This document shows, in pieces, positions 30,664 through 41,304 of a stretch of 46,999 nt of DNA. How positions within the stretch are numbered: the stretch's first letter is position 1; every line of letters begins with the position of its first letter. Both the position numbers and the translations under genes were made by a program. Source of the DNA: a virus; the UHGV virus genome UHGV-1362027; one strand, 5' to 3'. Under the pieces are notes generated by a model. That model was not told where the DNA came from. It saw only the letters and a program-made list of their open reading frames with translations, and searched no databases.

Positions 30664-30692
30664 AATCTACATCACAACAATATCTACGTCAA
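30664..30692 (-). promoter_or_regulatory. sigma70-type promoter (minus) TTGACGTAGAT-N17-TAGATT
   Basis: Minus-strand read gTTGACGtagatattgttgtgatgTAGATTgaa. Confidence 0.5.
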
Positions 30693-30730
30693 CATTCATT
30701 ATTGTTGTTGATAAATCAGCATCACCACAC

Positions 30731-30997
30731 TTGACCAATCTACACCGAGCGCATAGTATAATCTACATCAGGCTTACCGGAGATATCGCTATGCGCAGCT
30801 ATGCAGGATTCACACAGGAGGAAAAAGAGCAGGTTTATTCACTGGCGCGCGCTGGTGTGCCTGATGGGGTGATTTGTCGTCGGTATGATATTGACGAGGA
30901 TTTCCTGCTGCGCGTTATTGATGATGTTTTCGTTAACCTGCAGGAGAAACGCGGATATAAGGGTATCTGCTGCAAGAATGATTTTTTGAGAGGGTGA
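30731..30997 (+). CDS. small HTH-like protein
   Basis: EKEQVYSLARAGVPDGVICRRYDI resembles a transposase/terminase-type HTH. TTGACC-17-TAGTAT promoter at 30731-30759. Confidence 0.3.
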   Translation: MTNLHRAHSIIYIRLTGDIAMRSYAGFTQEEKEQVYSLARAGVPDGVICRRYDIDEDFLLRVIDDVFVNLQEKRGYKGICCKNDFLRG

Positions 30998-30998
30998 C

Positions 30999-31280
30999 AT
31001 GATGAGTGGTGAACTATTTAAAAAAGGTCAGATTATACCGAAGCGCATTGGTGGATTACATGTTCATCGTAAAGCCCGTCACAGATTGGTATTTGGCTGT
31101 GATGTGCTAATTGATGGCAGTAATTGGATTGCCGTGCCAAAGACAGGTGAATCAATGGTTATTGCTAAGAAGTTGGGTATTCGCAGAAATAACGGCACTT
31201 ATCAAAGTGTAGAGGCTGCATTTAAAGACATCCACTTTAATGCCAACAAGATTGACTATGTTGTCAAGATTTGCCGGTGA
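30999..31280 (+). CDS. hypothetical protein (93 aa)
   Basis: Compact ORF. Confidence 0.3.
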   Translation: MMSGELFKKGQIIPKRIGGLHVHRKARHRLVFGCDVLIDGSNWIAVPKTGESMVIAKKLGIRRNNGTYQSVEAAFKDIHFNANKIDYVVKICR

Positions 31281-31317
31281 TGAAATTAATTGGCTGGATT
31301 AATGGTGAGGAGATTGA

Positions 31318-31506
31318 GTGATGAGCGTTTATTTTATTCATGCTGAAGTGCTTGATGGCGGTGATGTTGTTACCAAGGTTTGCGCGACAGCTACGACATC
31401 AAACGCCAATGAAGCGTTTGATTGGTTTTTAGGTTGCGAATTGGTTGCAAAATACGAAATAAAGGGATACGACGTTATTATTGATAAACTGGAAAAGGTG
31501 GAGTGA
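31318..31506 (+). CDS. hypothetical protein (62 aa)
   Basis: Compact ORF overlapping the next by GTGATG. Confidence 0.3.
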   Translation: MMSVYFIHAEVLDGGDVVTKVCATATTSNANEAFDWFLGCELVAKYEIKGYDVIIDKLEKVE

Positions 31507-31697
31507 TGACAAGAAAAGAGGTTCACGAATATTCTATTGCAGCCAGGAAGCGAGTTGAAGATGTATGGACGAATCATGGGTTGCGCAGTAATAGAGCTAA
31601 ATTGGTTGCAAGATGCCATCAAGTCGTAAGTGGTGACAGGATTGAGTGTTACGCGTTTAATCAGTGGATGAAGTCTGGTGTTGTGAATAAGGAATAA
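31503..31697 (+). CDS. hypothetical protein (64 aa)
   Basis: Compact ORF. Confidence 0.3.
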   Translation: MMTRKEVHEYSIAARKRVEDVWTNHGLRSNRAKLVARCHQVVSGDRIECYAFNQWMKSGVVNKE

Positions 31698-31818
31698 TGG
31701 TGAAGAATTGAAGTAAATCGGCTAAAATAAATATTGCGGATAGGAAGGCCATCCGACAAGTGCGTTAGTCAGCGCATTTCCGCAATCCCACACTGACTCC
31801 TGATGACGAGGGTAAATC

Positions 31819-32295
31819 ATGAATTGGAATGAATATTTCTCAATAAAAGAAGATGGATTACACTGGATAAGAGTCAAAACAAACAAACAAAAGACAACCA
31901 AGGCTGGCTATATAAGCAACAAAGATGGATACATAAGGGTTATGCTTGATAGTAAATGCTATCTTGCTCACCGTATCATCTGGGAAATGCATAACGGGCC
32001 TATACCTGAAGGTATGCAGATCGACCATATAAACCACATCCGCCACGACAACAGAATTGAAAATCTTAGATTGGTAAGCAATCAGGATAACCAGAAGAAC
32101 ACAAAGAGAAGCAGAAATAATAAATCTGGTGTAACTGGGGTATGCTGGTACCCAGCATACGAGAAGTGGAGGGCGTACATCTGCATAGATGGAAAGCAAA
32201 TAACTCTTGGGTATTTTTCAAGTATCAAGTCAGCAGCAAAAGCAAGAAAGGAAGCTGAGCTAAGGCATGACTTTCACAAGAACCACGGCGCTTGA
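31819..32295 (+). CDS. HNH homing endonuclease with AP2-type DNA-binding domain
   Basis: HNH motif HINHIRHDNRIENLRLVSNQDNQKN. C-terminal region SGVTGVCWYPAYEKWRAYI..GKQITLGYFSSIKSAAKARKEAE matches the AP2 domain. Inserted between the large terminase and portal genes. Confidence 0.65.
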   Translation: MNWNEYFSIKEDGLHWIRVKTNKQKTTKAGYISNKDGYIRVMLDSKCYLAHRIIWEMHNGPIPEGMQIDHINHIRHDNRIENLRLVSNQDNQKNTKRSRNNKSGVTGVCWYPAYEKWRAYICIDGKQITLGYFSSIKSAAKARKEAELRHDFHKNHGA

Positions 32296-32323
32296 TGATA
32301 TAATGACCCTTACAGAAATGTGA

Positions 32324-33757
<1,434 letters not shown>

Positions 33758-33851
33758 TATAATCATAAATGCAGCTAGTCCGGCCAGACGAAAAGGTGAA
33801 CGTAGACACCCTGCTGCATCCTCAATCTACGAACCTACTACGGGGTTGATC

Positions 33852-34757
33852 ATGGCAAAAAGACTCACCACGGAAGACTTCATTTCTCGCGCCAAGCAAA
33901 AGCATGGCGATAAGTACATTTATGATAAATCTGTGTTTTCCGGGACGAAAAATCAAATAACAATAACGTGCAGAAAACATGGTGACTTTACTCAAAAAGC
34001 GGAATGCCATCTGGTTGGTTACGGATGCGAGCTTTGCGCTAGAGATGTTAGGGCAAGAAAATTGATGGCATCAAATGATGAATTTATCTCCAAAGCTAAA
34101 ATGATTCATGGTGATAAATATTCATATGACAAGTGCATATACTCCGGAAATCACAGGAAGGTATTGATAACATGTCAAAAGCATGGTGACTTTTCACAGC
34201 AGCCAGCCAACCATCTATCAGGAAATGGTTGCCCATCATGCAAACTTGAGCACCTATCAGACAAATTTAGCGACAATAAAGCCTCTTTCATAACAAAAGC
34301 AAAAGCGATTCACGGGAGAAGATACTCATACGAGAAAGTTAATTACGTGAAAAGCTCAAGAAAAGTGTGCATTACATGCCATCTGCATGGTGATTTCTAC
34401 CAGACGCCGAACTCACACTTGAGTGGATCTGGTTGCAATAAATGCACAGCTTATGGGTATAAACCTGCAAGTGTATATGTGGCTGAAATGGACGGGGTGT
34501 GCAAGATCGGAATAAGCAACAACACCAAAAGAAGAATGAAGAGCATATCAAAATCAGCAGGAAAAACTGTTACCGTGGTTGCTGAGTACTTATTCCCATC
34601 ATGGGCTGACGCGAGAAGGGCCGAATCAATGATACATAAAGAAATAAAACATAAAAATGCAGGATTAACCGGATTCGATGGCGCGAGCGAGTTTTTCAAT
34701 ATATCAACCCATGAGGCGGCCGATTTGGTTTTAAAGCATGGAGGTAAAGGCAAATGA
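33852..34757 (+). CDS. T5orf172/GIY-YIG-superfamily endonuclease-like protein with three N-terminal Zn-ribbon-like repeats (putative homing endonuclease)
   Basis: Three repeats of about 45 aa, (K/R)xHGDKY.YDK...SG......ITC.KHGDF.Q....HL.G.GC..C. C-terminal region VYVAEMDGVCKIGISNNTKRRMKSI...AEYLFPSWADARRAESMIHKE matches the T5orf172 family. ORF listed from 33693; the start is taken at MAKRLTT. Confidence 0.55.
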   Translation: MAKRLTTEDFISRAKQKHGDKYIYDKSVFSGTKNQITITCRKHGDFTQKAECHLVGYGCELCARDVRARKLMASNDEFISKAKMIHGDKYSYDKCIYSGNHRKVLITCQKHGDFSQQPANHLSGNGCPSCKLEHLSDKFSDNKASFITKAKAIHGRRYSYEKVNYVKSSRKVCITCHLHGDFYQTPNSHLSGSGCNKCTAYGYKPASVYVAEMDGVCKIGISNNTKRRMKSISKSAGKTVTVVAEYLFPSWADARRAESMIHKEIKHKNAGLTGFDGASEFFNISTHEAADLVLKHGGKGK

Positions 34758-35704
34758 AGATACTCCGGTTTAACGCCAGACTTCCACAGCCGCGCATATC
34801 GCAGAGCCTGACCGACCCGTTAGGCGCTGCAACCAGACTGTCAAAGATGGACAAGGTGATAACGCGCAAATACAAACAACTCAGGAGTCGTGCTCTTGAG
34901 TTGTTTCGCGCTATTCCGAGCAGCCAGGCCAACGCAGAATCAAGCAGCCTATATTTCTACGATTTCAGCAGCGCACGAGCAGCTACGTTCATGGATGAAT
35001 TGCAGGCGCTGATTGACGAGATTCTGCTGGAAGGTGATGATTTCGGTCAAGGCAGGATGTGGGCTAACGTGTTCATCGGTGATGCGTATCAGGCTGGAAC
35101 ACAGAAGGCCAACTCCGAACTATCAAGCCTGTCTCCGGTTTATGCCGAGCAGAGGCCGATTGCCGCGATACTCTACAGTGAGCCTTACCTGAATCGCCTA
35201 CAACTGGCTTATGCGGCTGGGTACAGCGACTGGCGCGGACTGAGTGATTATTCTCGTCAGCAACTGGCATCAGTCATCATGGAAGGCATTGCCCGTGGAG
35301 CTAATCCTCGCGATGTTGAAGCTGATATCGTTAAGCGAGTGGATGTATCTCACAGTTACGCAAAACAGATAGCCCAGACAGAAATCACCGGAACACTGCG
35401 GCAGGCTAACAGGCGGGAAGTCATTGAGGCGCGCGAAGAATTAGGCATTGAGACGGTGATGCTGTGGCAATCGGCATTGATGCGCACGACACGCCAGACA
35501 CACGCGGCACGACACGGGCGGTTTTACACGCCAGAAGAGATTGATGATTTCTACTCTCGTGATGGCAATAAATATAATTGTCACTGCGCCCAAGTACCAA
35601 CACTGCTAATGGATGGCAAGCCAGTTATTCTTGAGTCGTCGCAGGAGAGACTTGATAAGCAGCGCGAAGCATGGCAATCAGCCAATAAAAAGCCCTCTAA
35701 GTGA
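34754..35704 (+). CDS. head morphogenesis protein (SPP1 gp7 / Mu F-like)
   Basis: 316 aa, position after portal. Followed by a terminator at 35687-35711. Confidence 0.6.
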   Translation: MKILRFNARLPQPRISQSLTDPLGAATRLSKMDKVITRKYKQLRSRALELFRAIPSSQANAESSSLYFYDFSSARAATFMDELQALIDEILLEGDDFGQGRMWANVFIGDAYQAGTQKANSELSSLSPVYAEQRPIAAILYSEPYLNRLQLAYAAGYSDWRGLSDYSRQQLASVIMEGIARGANPRDVEADIVKRVDVSHSYAKQIAQTEITGTLRQANRREVIEAREELGIETVMLWQSALMRTTRQTHAARHGRFYTPEEIDDFYSRDGNKYNCHCAQVPTLLMDGKPVILESSQERLDKQREAWQSANKKPSK

Positions 35705-35711
35705 GGGCTTT
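35687..35711 (+). terminator. rho-independent terminator
   Basis: aaaagccctctaagtgagggctttgattt. Confidence 0.55.
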
Positions 35712-35787
35712 GATTTGTCTTATCAGCATACACAGAACAAATATTATTATCGCATAGCACAATATCTCTACGACGCTGAATATTGTT

Positions 35788-36354
35788 TTAATCATCCAGT
35801 CTCACGCCGGGAATTTTACCTGCTGCGATTGCGTCGTAAATTGACAGGCAATTTCTTAATCCAGCATTGAATTTGCGATGTTCATCACTGTTGGCGTGAC
35901 GAGCCATTTCTTTTGCTGCAGCATTACGCTTCCTTTCTGCTTCAGTGCGTAGTGGTCGAATGTTCATATGCCTGTGGTAGCCGCTACCTTCTTGCTGTGA
36001 TGACTTTTGCTTCCAGACAATAAGTGAATCACCAACAAAAAGAACCTCACACTGCCCTAGTGATTTGCCGGAGAATGATATCTCACACTCACACCCAACC
36101 GGTGGCAGGCCTCCTCCGTTCCATGCAGGCTTTTGCAATGCTGCTAGTGCGGATTCGTATTGGTCCTTGCTAATTTCAATGTCATTATCTTCCACTTCAG
36201 AATCCATCTCAATGCGCCATTCTGACGGACAATCACCATTGGCATCAACGAAGTACAGCGTGGTTTTGCTGCATAAAAAACCAGCCTCCACCGCACCATC
36301 AGGCCACCCACCGCGCTTAGGTAATTCTTGAACTAACAGGTCGATAAGTTTCAT
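35788..36354 (-). CDS. hypothetical protein (188 aa)
   Basis: Long ORF, first of a minus-strand block of four coupled genes. Confidence 0.4.
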   Translation of the reverse strand: MKLIDLLVQELPKRGGWPDGAVEAGFLCSKTTLYFVDANGDCPSEWRIEMDSEVEDNDIEISKDQYESALAALQKPAWNGGGLPPVGCECEISFSGKSLGQCEVLFVGDSLIVWKQKSSQQEGSGYHRHMNIRPLRTEAERKRNAAAKEMARHANSDEHRKFNAGLRNCLSIYDAIAAGKIPGVRLDD

Positions 36355-36575
36355 TTTGTTTCCCCATCGAAAATAATTTCTTTGTATTCATCACTAACTT
36401 CATATGCTTTGTTTAGTTCGAATACCTCATATGAGTTTTGACCACCTCCGCGCCATGAATATTTGTCATTTAGCTTTGCTGCAACAGCGTCAGCTTCATG
36501 CTTGTGCGGATAAACAGCAACAACATTTGATGAAACGCCGCATTCGATACAACCAATATTAAATACCAGCCACAT
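36351..36575 (-). CDS. hypothetical protein (74 aa)
   Basis: ATGA-coupled. Confidence 0.35.
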   Translation of the reverse strand: MWLVFNIGCIECGVSSNVVAVYPHKHEADAVAAKLNDKYSWRGGGQNSYEVFELNKAYEVSDEYKEIIFDGETK

Positions 36576-36577
36576 AA

Positions 36578-36883
36578 TTATTCTCCCAGTGCCTTATTAA
36601 CCGCCGCCCGCGCATTATCCAGAGCGCGACGCTTGCTTGATGTTGTCCAGACTTTTCCAGAGTGGTCGTCGTAGATTTCCAGAAGCCGCTGGAGTGCTGC
36701 GAGCAGGTCAGGAGATGCCGCTATTAGCTTTGCGTTTGCATGTTGAGCGTTTGCATCTGTGTTGTAGCGAGTAACTCTCGCTACCGCTATATTGTCATTG
36801 CTATCCGTGACCCATTCTGGCTCGTCATCACGGTAATTCCACGGTCCACGCGTGCCTTTAAATTCTTTCATCACCAACCTCAC
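36578..36883 (-). CDS. hypothetical protein (about 97-101 aa)
   Basis: Compact ORF. A further 53-aa ORF lies at about 36880-37041 (minus). Confidence 0.35.
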   Translation of the reverse strand: MRLVMKEFKGTRGPWNYRDDEPEWVTDSNDNIAVARVTRYNTDANAQHANAKLIAASPDLLAALQRLLEIYDDHSGKVWTTSSKRRALDNARAAVNKALGE

Positions 36884-37067
36884 TTAATATATTCAATAAT
36901 CTCACACTCACGCATCTGTACCAGACCAAATGGTGCGACCACCTTGCCGCATGGACGGATTTTGATTTGCTCAAGGTCGAACACTCCGCAGTGTCCGTTT
37001 TCTTTGAATTTGACCATTACCATGATTTCTTCCTCACTCATCATTTGATGTAGATACTATGCCCCAC

Positions 37068-37102
37068 CACTCAATCTACGTCAATACCTGTTGTGATAGA
37101 AT
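37068..37102 (+). promoter_or_regulatory. lysis-cassette promoter: extended -10 TGaTAGAAT preceded by CAATCTACGTCAATACC motif; inverted GATGTAGAT copy at 37049-37057
   Basis: tgatgtagatactatgccccaccactcaatctacgtcaatacctgttgTGaTAGAATtaatca, followed by AGGAGG RBS and ATG 37129. Confidence 0.45.
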
Positions 37103-37128
37103 TAATCATTATTTGAACAGGAGGCAGA

Positions 37129-37407
37129 ATGAAACTATCGCAACGCGGCGCGGAGATGCTTGGAATCACTGATGCCACGGATATCTCGCCTTACATCACC
37201 ACTGAGACAACGCAGAATCAGTTCGACGCGTTGACAAGCCTCGCCACCGACATTGGTATTGACACTTTCCGCAAATCAACGCTTCTGAAGAAGCACAATC
37301 TCCGCTGCTTCTCATGTGCTGTTGCGCATTTCATTGTGTGGGGCGAGAAGACCGACAACAAAGCAAAACGCAAGGCTGAAAAAGAGGTTTACTGGTATGG
37401 CTATTAG
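37129..37407 (+). pseudogene. internally deleted GH24 (T4/P22-type) lysozyme remnant, catalytic region missing
   Basis: 92 aa. TQNQFDALTSLATDIGIDTFRKSTLLKKHNLRCFSCAVAHFIVWGEKTDNK matches the C-terminal lobe of P22 gp19/T4 e-type lysozymes (..NQNQYDALCSLIFNIG..LR..N...AADAFLLW.KAG..). The N-terminal catalytic E/D/T segment is absent. Confidence 0.45.
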
Positions 37408-37861
37408 CAAAAACATGAAGGCATTTCTGGATATGCTGGCGTACAGCGAGGGTACGGATAACGGACGGCAGAAAACCAGTAATCATGGTTATGATGTGAT
37501 TGTCGGTGGCTCGCTATTTACCGACTATTCAGACCACCCACGCAAGCTGATTAGCCTGCCAAAGCTAGGCATCAAATCCACTGCCGCCGGACGCTATCAG
37601 GTGCTGACTAAGTTTTATGATGCGTACAAAAAGCAATTGCACCTTCCTGACTTCTCCCCAGCATCGCAGGACGCCATTGCAATGCAGCTAATCCGTGAAT
37701 GCAAAGCCACTGCCGATATTGAGGCTGGTCGCATTGCTGATGCCATCCATAAATGTCGTTCCCGTTGGGCTTCATTGCCGGGCGCTGGCTATGGTCAGCA
37801 TGAGCAGAAGCTGGATAAGCTGATTCAGGTATACAAGGATGCTGGCGGAGTTGCAGCATGA
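37406..37861 (+). CDS. R: endolysin, lambda R-type lytic transglycosylase
   Basis: MAISKNMKAFLDMLAYSEGTDNGRQKTSNHGYDVIVGGSLFTDYSDHPRKL...WASLPGAGYGQHEQKLDKLIQVYKDAGG is near-identical in motifs to lambda R (recalled from memory). AAAGAGG RBS. Confidence 0.85.
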   Translation, partial: SKNMKAFLDMLAYSEGTDNGRQKTSNHGYDVIVGGSLFTDYSDHPRKLISLPKLGIKSTAAGRYQVLTKFYDAYKKQLHLPDFSPASQDAIAMQLIRECKATADIEAGRIADAIHKCRSRWASLPGAGYGQHEQKLDKLIQVYKDAGGVAA

Positions 37862-38097
37862 AAAAGCTAAGCAACTGGCTGCTCGGTGCGTGGATTTCGT
37901 TCTGCTCACTGTTGCAACTATGGCCTGATGCAATGATGCATGTATGGGTAATGATGCCGGATGACCTGAAAGCAGCGCTGCCGCCAATTGTGGTCAAAGG
38001 TGTGAGTTATTCAATCATGCTGGTTGGCATTCTCGGTAAGATGCACGGCATGAGGAAGGAAAACCGGAGGCTGCGCAATGATGTCGATTCTCGCTAA
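37858..38097 (+). CDS. putative holin (class II, two TM segments, charged C-terminus)
   Basis: 79 aa with TM1 WLLGAWISFCSLLQLW and TM2 IVVKGVSYSIMLVGILG, then KMHGMRKENRRLRNDVDSR. ATGA-coupled to the endolysin gene. Confidence 0.45.
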   Translation: MKKLSNWLLGAWISFCSLLQLWPDAMMHVWVMMPDDLKAALPPIVVKGVSYSIMLVGILGKMHGMRKENRRLRNDVDSR

Positions 38098-38566
38098 ATA
38101 CTGGCGGCCGATGGCTATCATTATAATTGTTGCCACTGGTGCGCTGTGGGCAGCCAATAAAGTGTCCAGCTACGGCGAGCGGCAATATGCCGATGGATAT
38201 GCAAAAGCAGCTGCCGAACAGAAGGCTGCAGACGAACAAGAGGAGCAACGACGCAATGCGGAACTACAAAAGATTCAGGTCGATGCACAGCAAAGGATTG
38301 ATGCTGCACGCAATGATGCTGTTAATGCCGCTGCTAAGTCTGGCAGGTTGCAGCAACAACTCACAAACATCCGCAAGCAGCTTGTCGGATATTCCACCGC
38401 TGAGTCCATTGGCAACCCAGCCGCAGAAACCGGAGTTTTGCTTGCCGACGTGCTCGCAAAGTCTGTCGAGAGAAATCGACAGCTGGCAGATTATGCTGAC
38501 AAGGCAAGAGAAGCAGGATTGACCTGCCAGAAGCAATACGAATCACTGACAAGGAGACAAAAATAA
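38078..38566 (+). CDS. Rz: i-spanin (Rz-like): N-terminal TM anchor plus periplasmic coiled coil
   Basis: MMSILAKYWRPMAIIIIVATGALWAANK then a Q/A/E-rich helical region. Position after endolysin and holin. Confidence 0.6.
   Translation: MMSILAKYWRPMAIIIIVATGALWAANKVSSYGERQYADGYAKAAAEQKAADEQEEQRRNAELQKIQVDAQQRIDAARNDAVNAAAKSGRLQQQLTNIRKQLVGYSTAESIGNPAAETGVLLADVLAKSVERNRQLADYADKAREAGLTCQKQYESLTRRQK
38283..38522 (+). CDS. Rz1: o-spanin (Rz1-like lipoprotein) embedded in +1 frame of Rz
   Basis: Embedded ORF with lipobox LSLAGC followed by the Pro-rich mature part SNNSQTSASSLSDIPPLSPLATQPQKPEFCLPTCSQ... Start among Met 38283/38301/38313 is uncertain. Confidence 0.5.
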   Translation: MHSKGLMLHAMMLLMPLLSLAGCSNNSQTSASSLSDIPPLSPLATQPQKPEFCLPTCSQSLSREIDSWQIMLTRQEKQD

Positions 38567-38908
38567 ATGTTCAAATCCGAACTTATCGTCAAGCTGAACA
38601 AAAACTCAACGTGGACGCTGATTGAGCCGCTAATCTATGAGTTTCGGCATCAGGAAATAAAAGTGCCAGCAGGATTTCGCACTGATTTTGCCAGTGTCCC
38701 GAGGCTTCCAATTTTGTTTGCTTTTATTGGCGATGTGGGTCAGAAAGCTGCAGCTATTCACGATTATTTGTATGCCACCCATTCAGACAGGCATTTCGCT
38801 GATGATTGCTTCAGGCAGGCACTGAAGGATAGCGGAGTATCATCGTTGAGGGCTGGCGTTATGTGGCTTGGCGTCAGAATGTTCGGCTGGATAAAGTTTA
38901 AGGGATGA
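38567..38908 (+). CDS. DUF1353-family protein
   Basis: 113 aa with a GFRTDFASVPR motif typical of DUF1353 proteins that accompany phage lysis genes. Confidence 0.45.
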   Translation: MFKSELIVKLNKNSTWTLIEPLIYEFRHQEIKVPAGFRTDFASVPRLPILFAFIGDVGQKAAAIHDYLYATHSDRHFADDCFRQALKDSGVSSLRAGVMWLGVRMFGWIKFKG

Positions 38909-38912
38909 AAAA

Positions 38913-38932
38913 AAGCCCCGCAATGGGGCTTG
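38913..38932 (+). terminator. rho-independent terminator
   Basis: aaaaagccccgcaatggggcttgtgtttaattt. Confidence 0.55.
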
Positions 38933-39062
38933 TGTTTAATTTGTTTGCTCTGAGTTTTCCCTCTGCTTCCACATCTGCTTCAGCTGAAAATAAGCATACG
39001 CCTCATCACCATCTTTCGCATTGCGTTCCATTTGCTCACACCATGCAGATGGTTTTGGTGGG

Positions 39063-39371
39063 TCACTCTGCTAGCAATGTTGTTGGCTCATCAACGGATT
39101 CCTCAACCGTAGCTTCAACGATGCGCACCAAAGAACACTCAAGGTTCGGCGCATTATAATTGCCAGCCAGAAACAGCACGCTACCAGTGCTAATTAGCAC
39201 CTGCTTTGCGTTTGCCTGTGACAGATTCTGCACGATGAATTGCGCTGTCTCAGTGCCGATTTTCAGCACTGCACTACCGTCGCTATTCAGTGATACCAGT
39301 TGTGCTGATACGTCAGTAATGTTGGTGTAGTTCGCGTTTCGTTGCGCGATTGTGATGTCGCAAAATGACAT
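39063..39371 (-). CDS. hypothetical protein (102 aa)
   Basis: Compact ORF with ATGA coupling. Confidence 0.35.
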   Translation of the reverse strand: MSFCDITIAQRNANYTNITDVSAQLVSLNSDGSAVLKIGTETAQFIVQNLSQANAKQVLISTGSVLFLAGNYNAPNLECSLVRIVEATVEESVDEPTTLLAE

Positions 39372-39865
39372 TATTTAATCTCTCCGTTCAGTTCATTAAC
39401 AATTAACGTCGCATAGCCAGCAATATCTTTCCAGCTATCATCATAGGTGGGGTCGCCATTCAGAATTCGCCCAATCTTGTGCTGAATCATGTCTAGCGCC
39501 TCGCGTTGGCTTGGCGTCAGGTTGTGCCAGCCATCCACTTCGCGCATCACATCTTTCAGCTCCTGCATGATTTCAGCACCGTCTTTGAATTTACCGTATC
39601 GACTGCCGCGCTCTGTGATGAGTTGCTCTGTTGCATCCGCTTCCGGCGCGCCAATGCAATCATTGAGATCTTGTTCGCTGGCGATTGGTTCGCGGTGAGC
39701 CATCAGAGTAAACAGGTCTTTATTAATGGTCTTTGGATTATTGGTGAACGTCACCCAACCATTTTTATTATGAACAAAGGCATGAGTATCCTCATGATGC
39801 GCGCCATCAAAATCATCAACTCCACCCATAAGCAGTTTATACCTCAATGTCATTTCTCTCTCCAC
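39371..39865 (-). CDS. hypothetical protein, possible nucleotide-metabolism/modification-associated domain (DSWKDIAGYA motif)
   Basis: 164 aa. C-terminal half ERGSRYGKF...LTPSQREALDMI.HKIGRIL.GD..YDDSWKDIAGYATL resembles small NTP-pyrophosphohydrolase-associated domains seen in phages. Weak. Confidence 0.35.
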   Translation of the reverse strand: MEREMTLRYKLLMGGVDDFDGAHHEDTHAFVHNKNGWVTFTNNPKTINKDLFTLMAHREPIASEQDLNDCIGAPEADATEQLITERGSRYGKFKDGAEIMQELKDVMREVDGWHNLTPSQREALDMIQHKIGRILNGDPTYDDSWKDIAGYATLIVNELNGEIK

Positions 39866-40074
39866 TTAATCATCTCGCGTCGCGGCATAGTGACGCGGTT
39901 ATACTCATCAACTTCAAAATTCTCCCTAATCAAATCATACATCTCATCCTTTGGCATATCAGCCAGCGCCACATAGCAACGGGCAAAGTAGCGAACATCA
40001 CGGAGTGTCAGCGGCTGCCGCTTCTCCACAATGCTGGTGATAATGTCCATCGGCTCTCGTCGTGGTCTTGGCAT
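39850..40074 (-). CDS. hypothetical protein (74 aa)
   Basis: First gene of the minus-strand block, divergent from the plus block across a GTAGAT-motif promoter region at 40100-40150. Confidence 0.35.
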   Translation of the reverse strand: MPRPRREPMDIITSIVEKRQPLTLRDVRYFARCYVALADMPKDEMYDLIRENFEVDEYNRVTMPRREMIKWREK

Positions 40075-40101
40075 ATTTACTACTCCTTCTCGAAAAACAT
40101 C

Positions 40102-40146
40102 TTGACGTTTCTACATCACTTAGTCAATACTTATTGACGTAGATTG
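40102..40146. promoter_or_regulatory. divergent promoter region with two TTGACG elements and inverted GTAGA motifs
   Basis: cTTGACGtttctacatcacttagtcaatacttaTTGACGTAGATTGtacc. Confidence 0.4.
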
Positions 40147-40172
40147 TACCACAACGGAAAAGGTGATGTGGA

Positions 40173-40376
40173 ATGAGTGCAGAAAAAGTAATAACAGAAA
40201 GATGTGAGTATTTACGCTCCATGCTTGAAGCTCGCGGATTAAGCGCTGAAGACATTGACCTGTGTCTTACGCATCTCACAAACGCGGTCCTTGAAGGGTA
40301 TCATCAGGGGCAGGTCGATTACTCGACCGGGGTGCTCCCTGAACTACTGAGAATGGCAACGGTTGGTAAATTTTGA
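40173..40376 (+). CDS. hypothetical protein (67 aa)
   Basis: Compact ORF. Confidence 0.3.
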   Translation: MSAEKVITERCEYLRSMLEARGLSAEDIDLCLTHLTNAVLEGYHQGQVDYSTGVLPELLRMATVGKF

Positions 40377-40581
40377 GGAGCACACAATGACAACTGATGA
40401 ACTGTACGAAAAATCGTTAATTCAGCGATTGAATGAAGTTGAACGCACCCGTGAATGGCTGGAGTGTGAGCTGAGAGAAGTGCGCAACCGCCTGCAGCGC
40501 AAGCGCAGTCAGCAGAAAGATGTTATCGACTGGTCAGGTGATACACCTAAATTTAACAACTTAGGAGAATGGATAAAATGA
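40363..40581 (+). CDS. hypothetical coiled-coil protein (72 aa)
   Basis: Compact ORF. Confidence 0.3.
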   Translation: MVNFEEHTMTTDELYEKSLIQRLNEVERTREWLECELREVRNRLQRKRSQQKDVIDWSGDTPKFNNLGEWIK

Positions 40582-40826
40582 GCGCACCACATATGCCGAT
40601 GATGAATGAACAGGGATTCTTGAGCTGCCCATTCTGTGGCGGGAATGAAGTTTACTTGAATATTGATTTAGTGCTTGTGTCTGTCGAATGCGGAGATTGC
40701 TGTGCAAGTTCAGGTGAATGGGGTTCACCGGAAACTGCTGTCAGGCACTGGAATACCCGCAACGGACACCTCTACACCGCCGAAGACTTCAATCAGGCAG
40801 CAGAGGAGCGCGATTATGGATTATAA
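40569..40826 (+). CDS. Lar-family restriction-alleviation-like zinc-ribbon protein
   Basis: CPFCGG...CGDCC...AVRHWNTRN pattern resembles Lar-family proteins (CPFCG..., WN.R). Confidence 0.4.
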   Translation: MDKMSAPHMPMMNEQGFLSCPFCGGNEVYLNIDLVLVSVECGDCCASSGEWGSPETAVRHWNTRNGHLYTAEDFNQAAEERDYGL

Positions 40827-41304
40827 ATCACAAATCATGCGCGTGATTATGATGCATCCGGGAGCAACGCGTGCATACATTGAGAAGCACTGCGGAGGAA
40901 AGCATTCAAGCACCACAACACATCGCCTGCATGAGATGCTGGCGCTTGGCTTTATTCGCCGCGAGAAGTCAGTGATTCGCGGCGGCAAGTGGCAGTACAA
41001 ATACTTCATCTCTGATGATGCGGCAGGTATTGATGATGCAATTAAGTGCCACTTACTTGAAAACGCTGGCGCAGAGGTGAAAGAAATCAGTTTAGCCACT
41101 GGCGTTGATTATCGCATCGTGAAAAGCCGCATCCGCATTATGTTTCATAACGGCGATGTAACGCGAAGCTATGACCACCACAAGAAGCTGTGGCGTTACT
41201 CATGGCATGAACAGGAAGTAAGTGTGAGCAGCCTGTTTAATTCACTTCTTCGCAATGTAAGAGGTCATCATGGGGAAGTACAAACGCAAGAAGCAAGAGT
41301 ATGA
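40816..41304 (+). CDS. hypothetical DNA-binding-like protein (about 162 aa)
   Basis: AGGAG RBS before MDYKSQIMR. ORF listed from 40675. Confidence 0.35.
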   Translation: MDYKSQIMRVIMMHPGATRAYIEKHCGGKHSSTTTHRLHEMLALGFIRREKSVIRGGKWQYKYFISDDAAGIDDAIKCHLLENAGAEVKEISLATGVDYRIVKSRIRIMFHNGDVTRSYDHHKKLWRYSWHEQEVSVSSLFNSLLRNVRGHHGEVQTQEARV

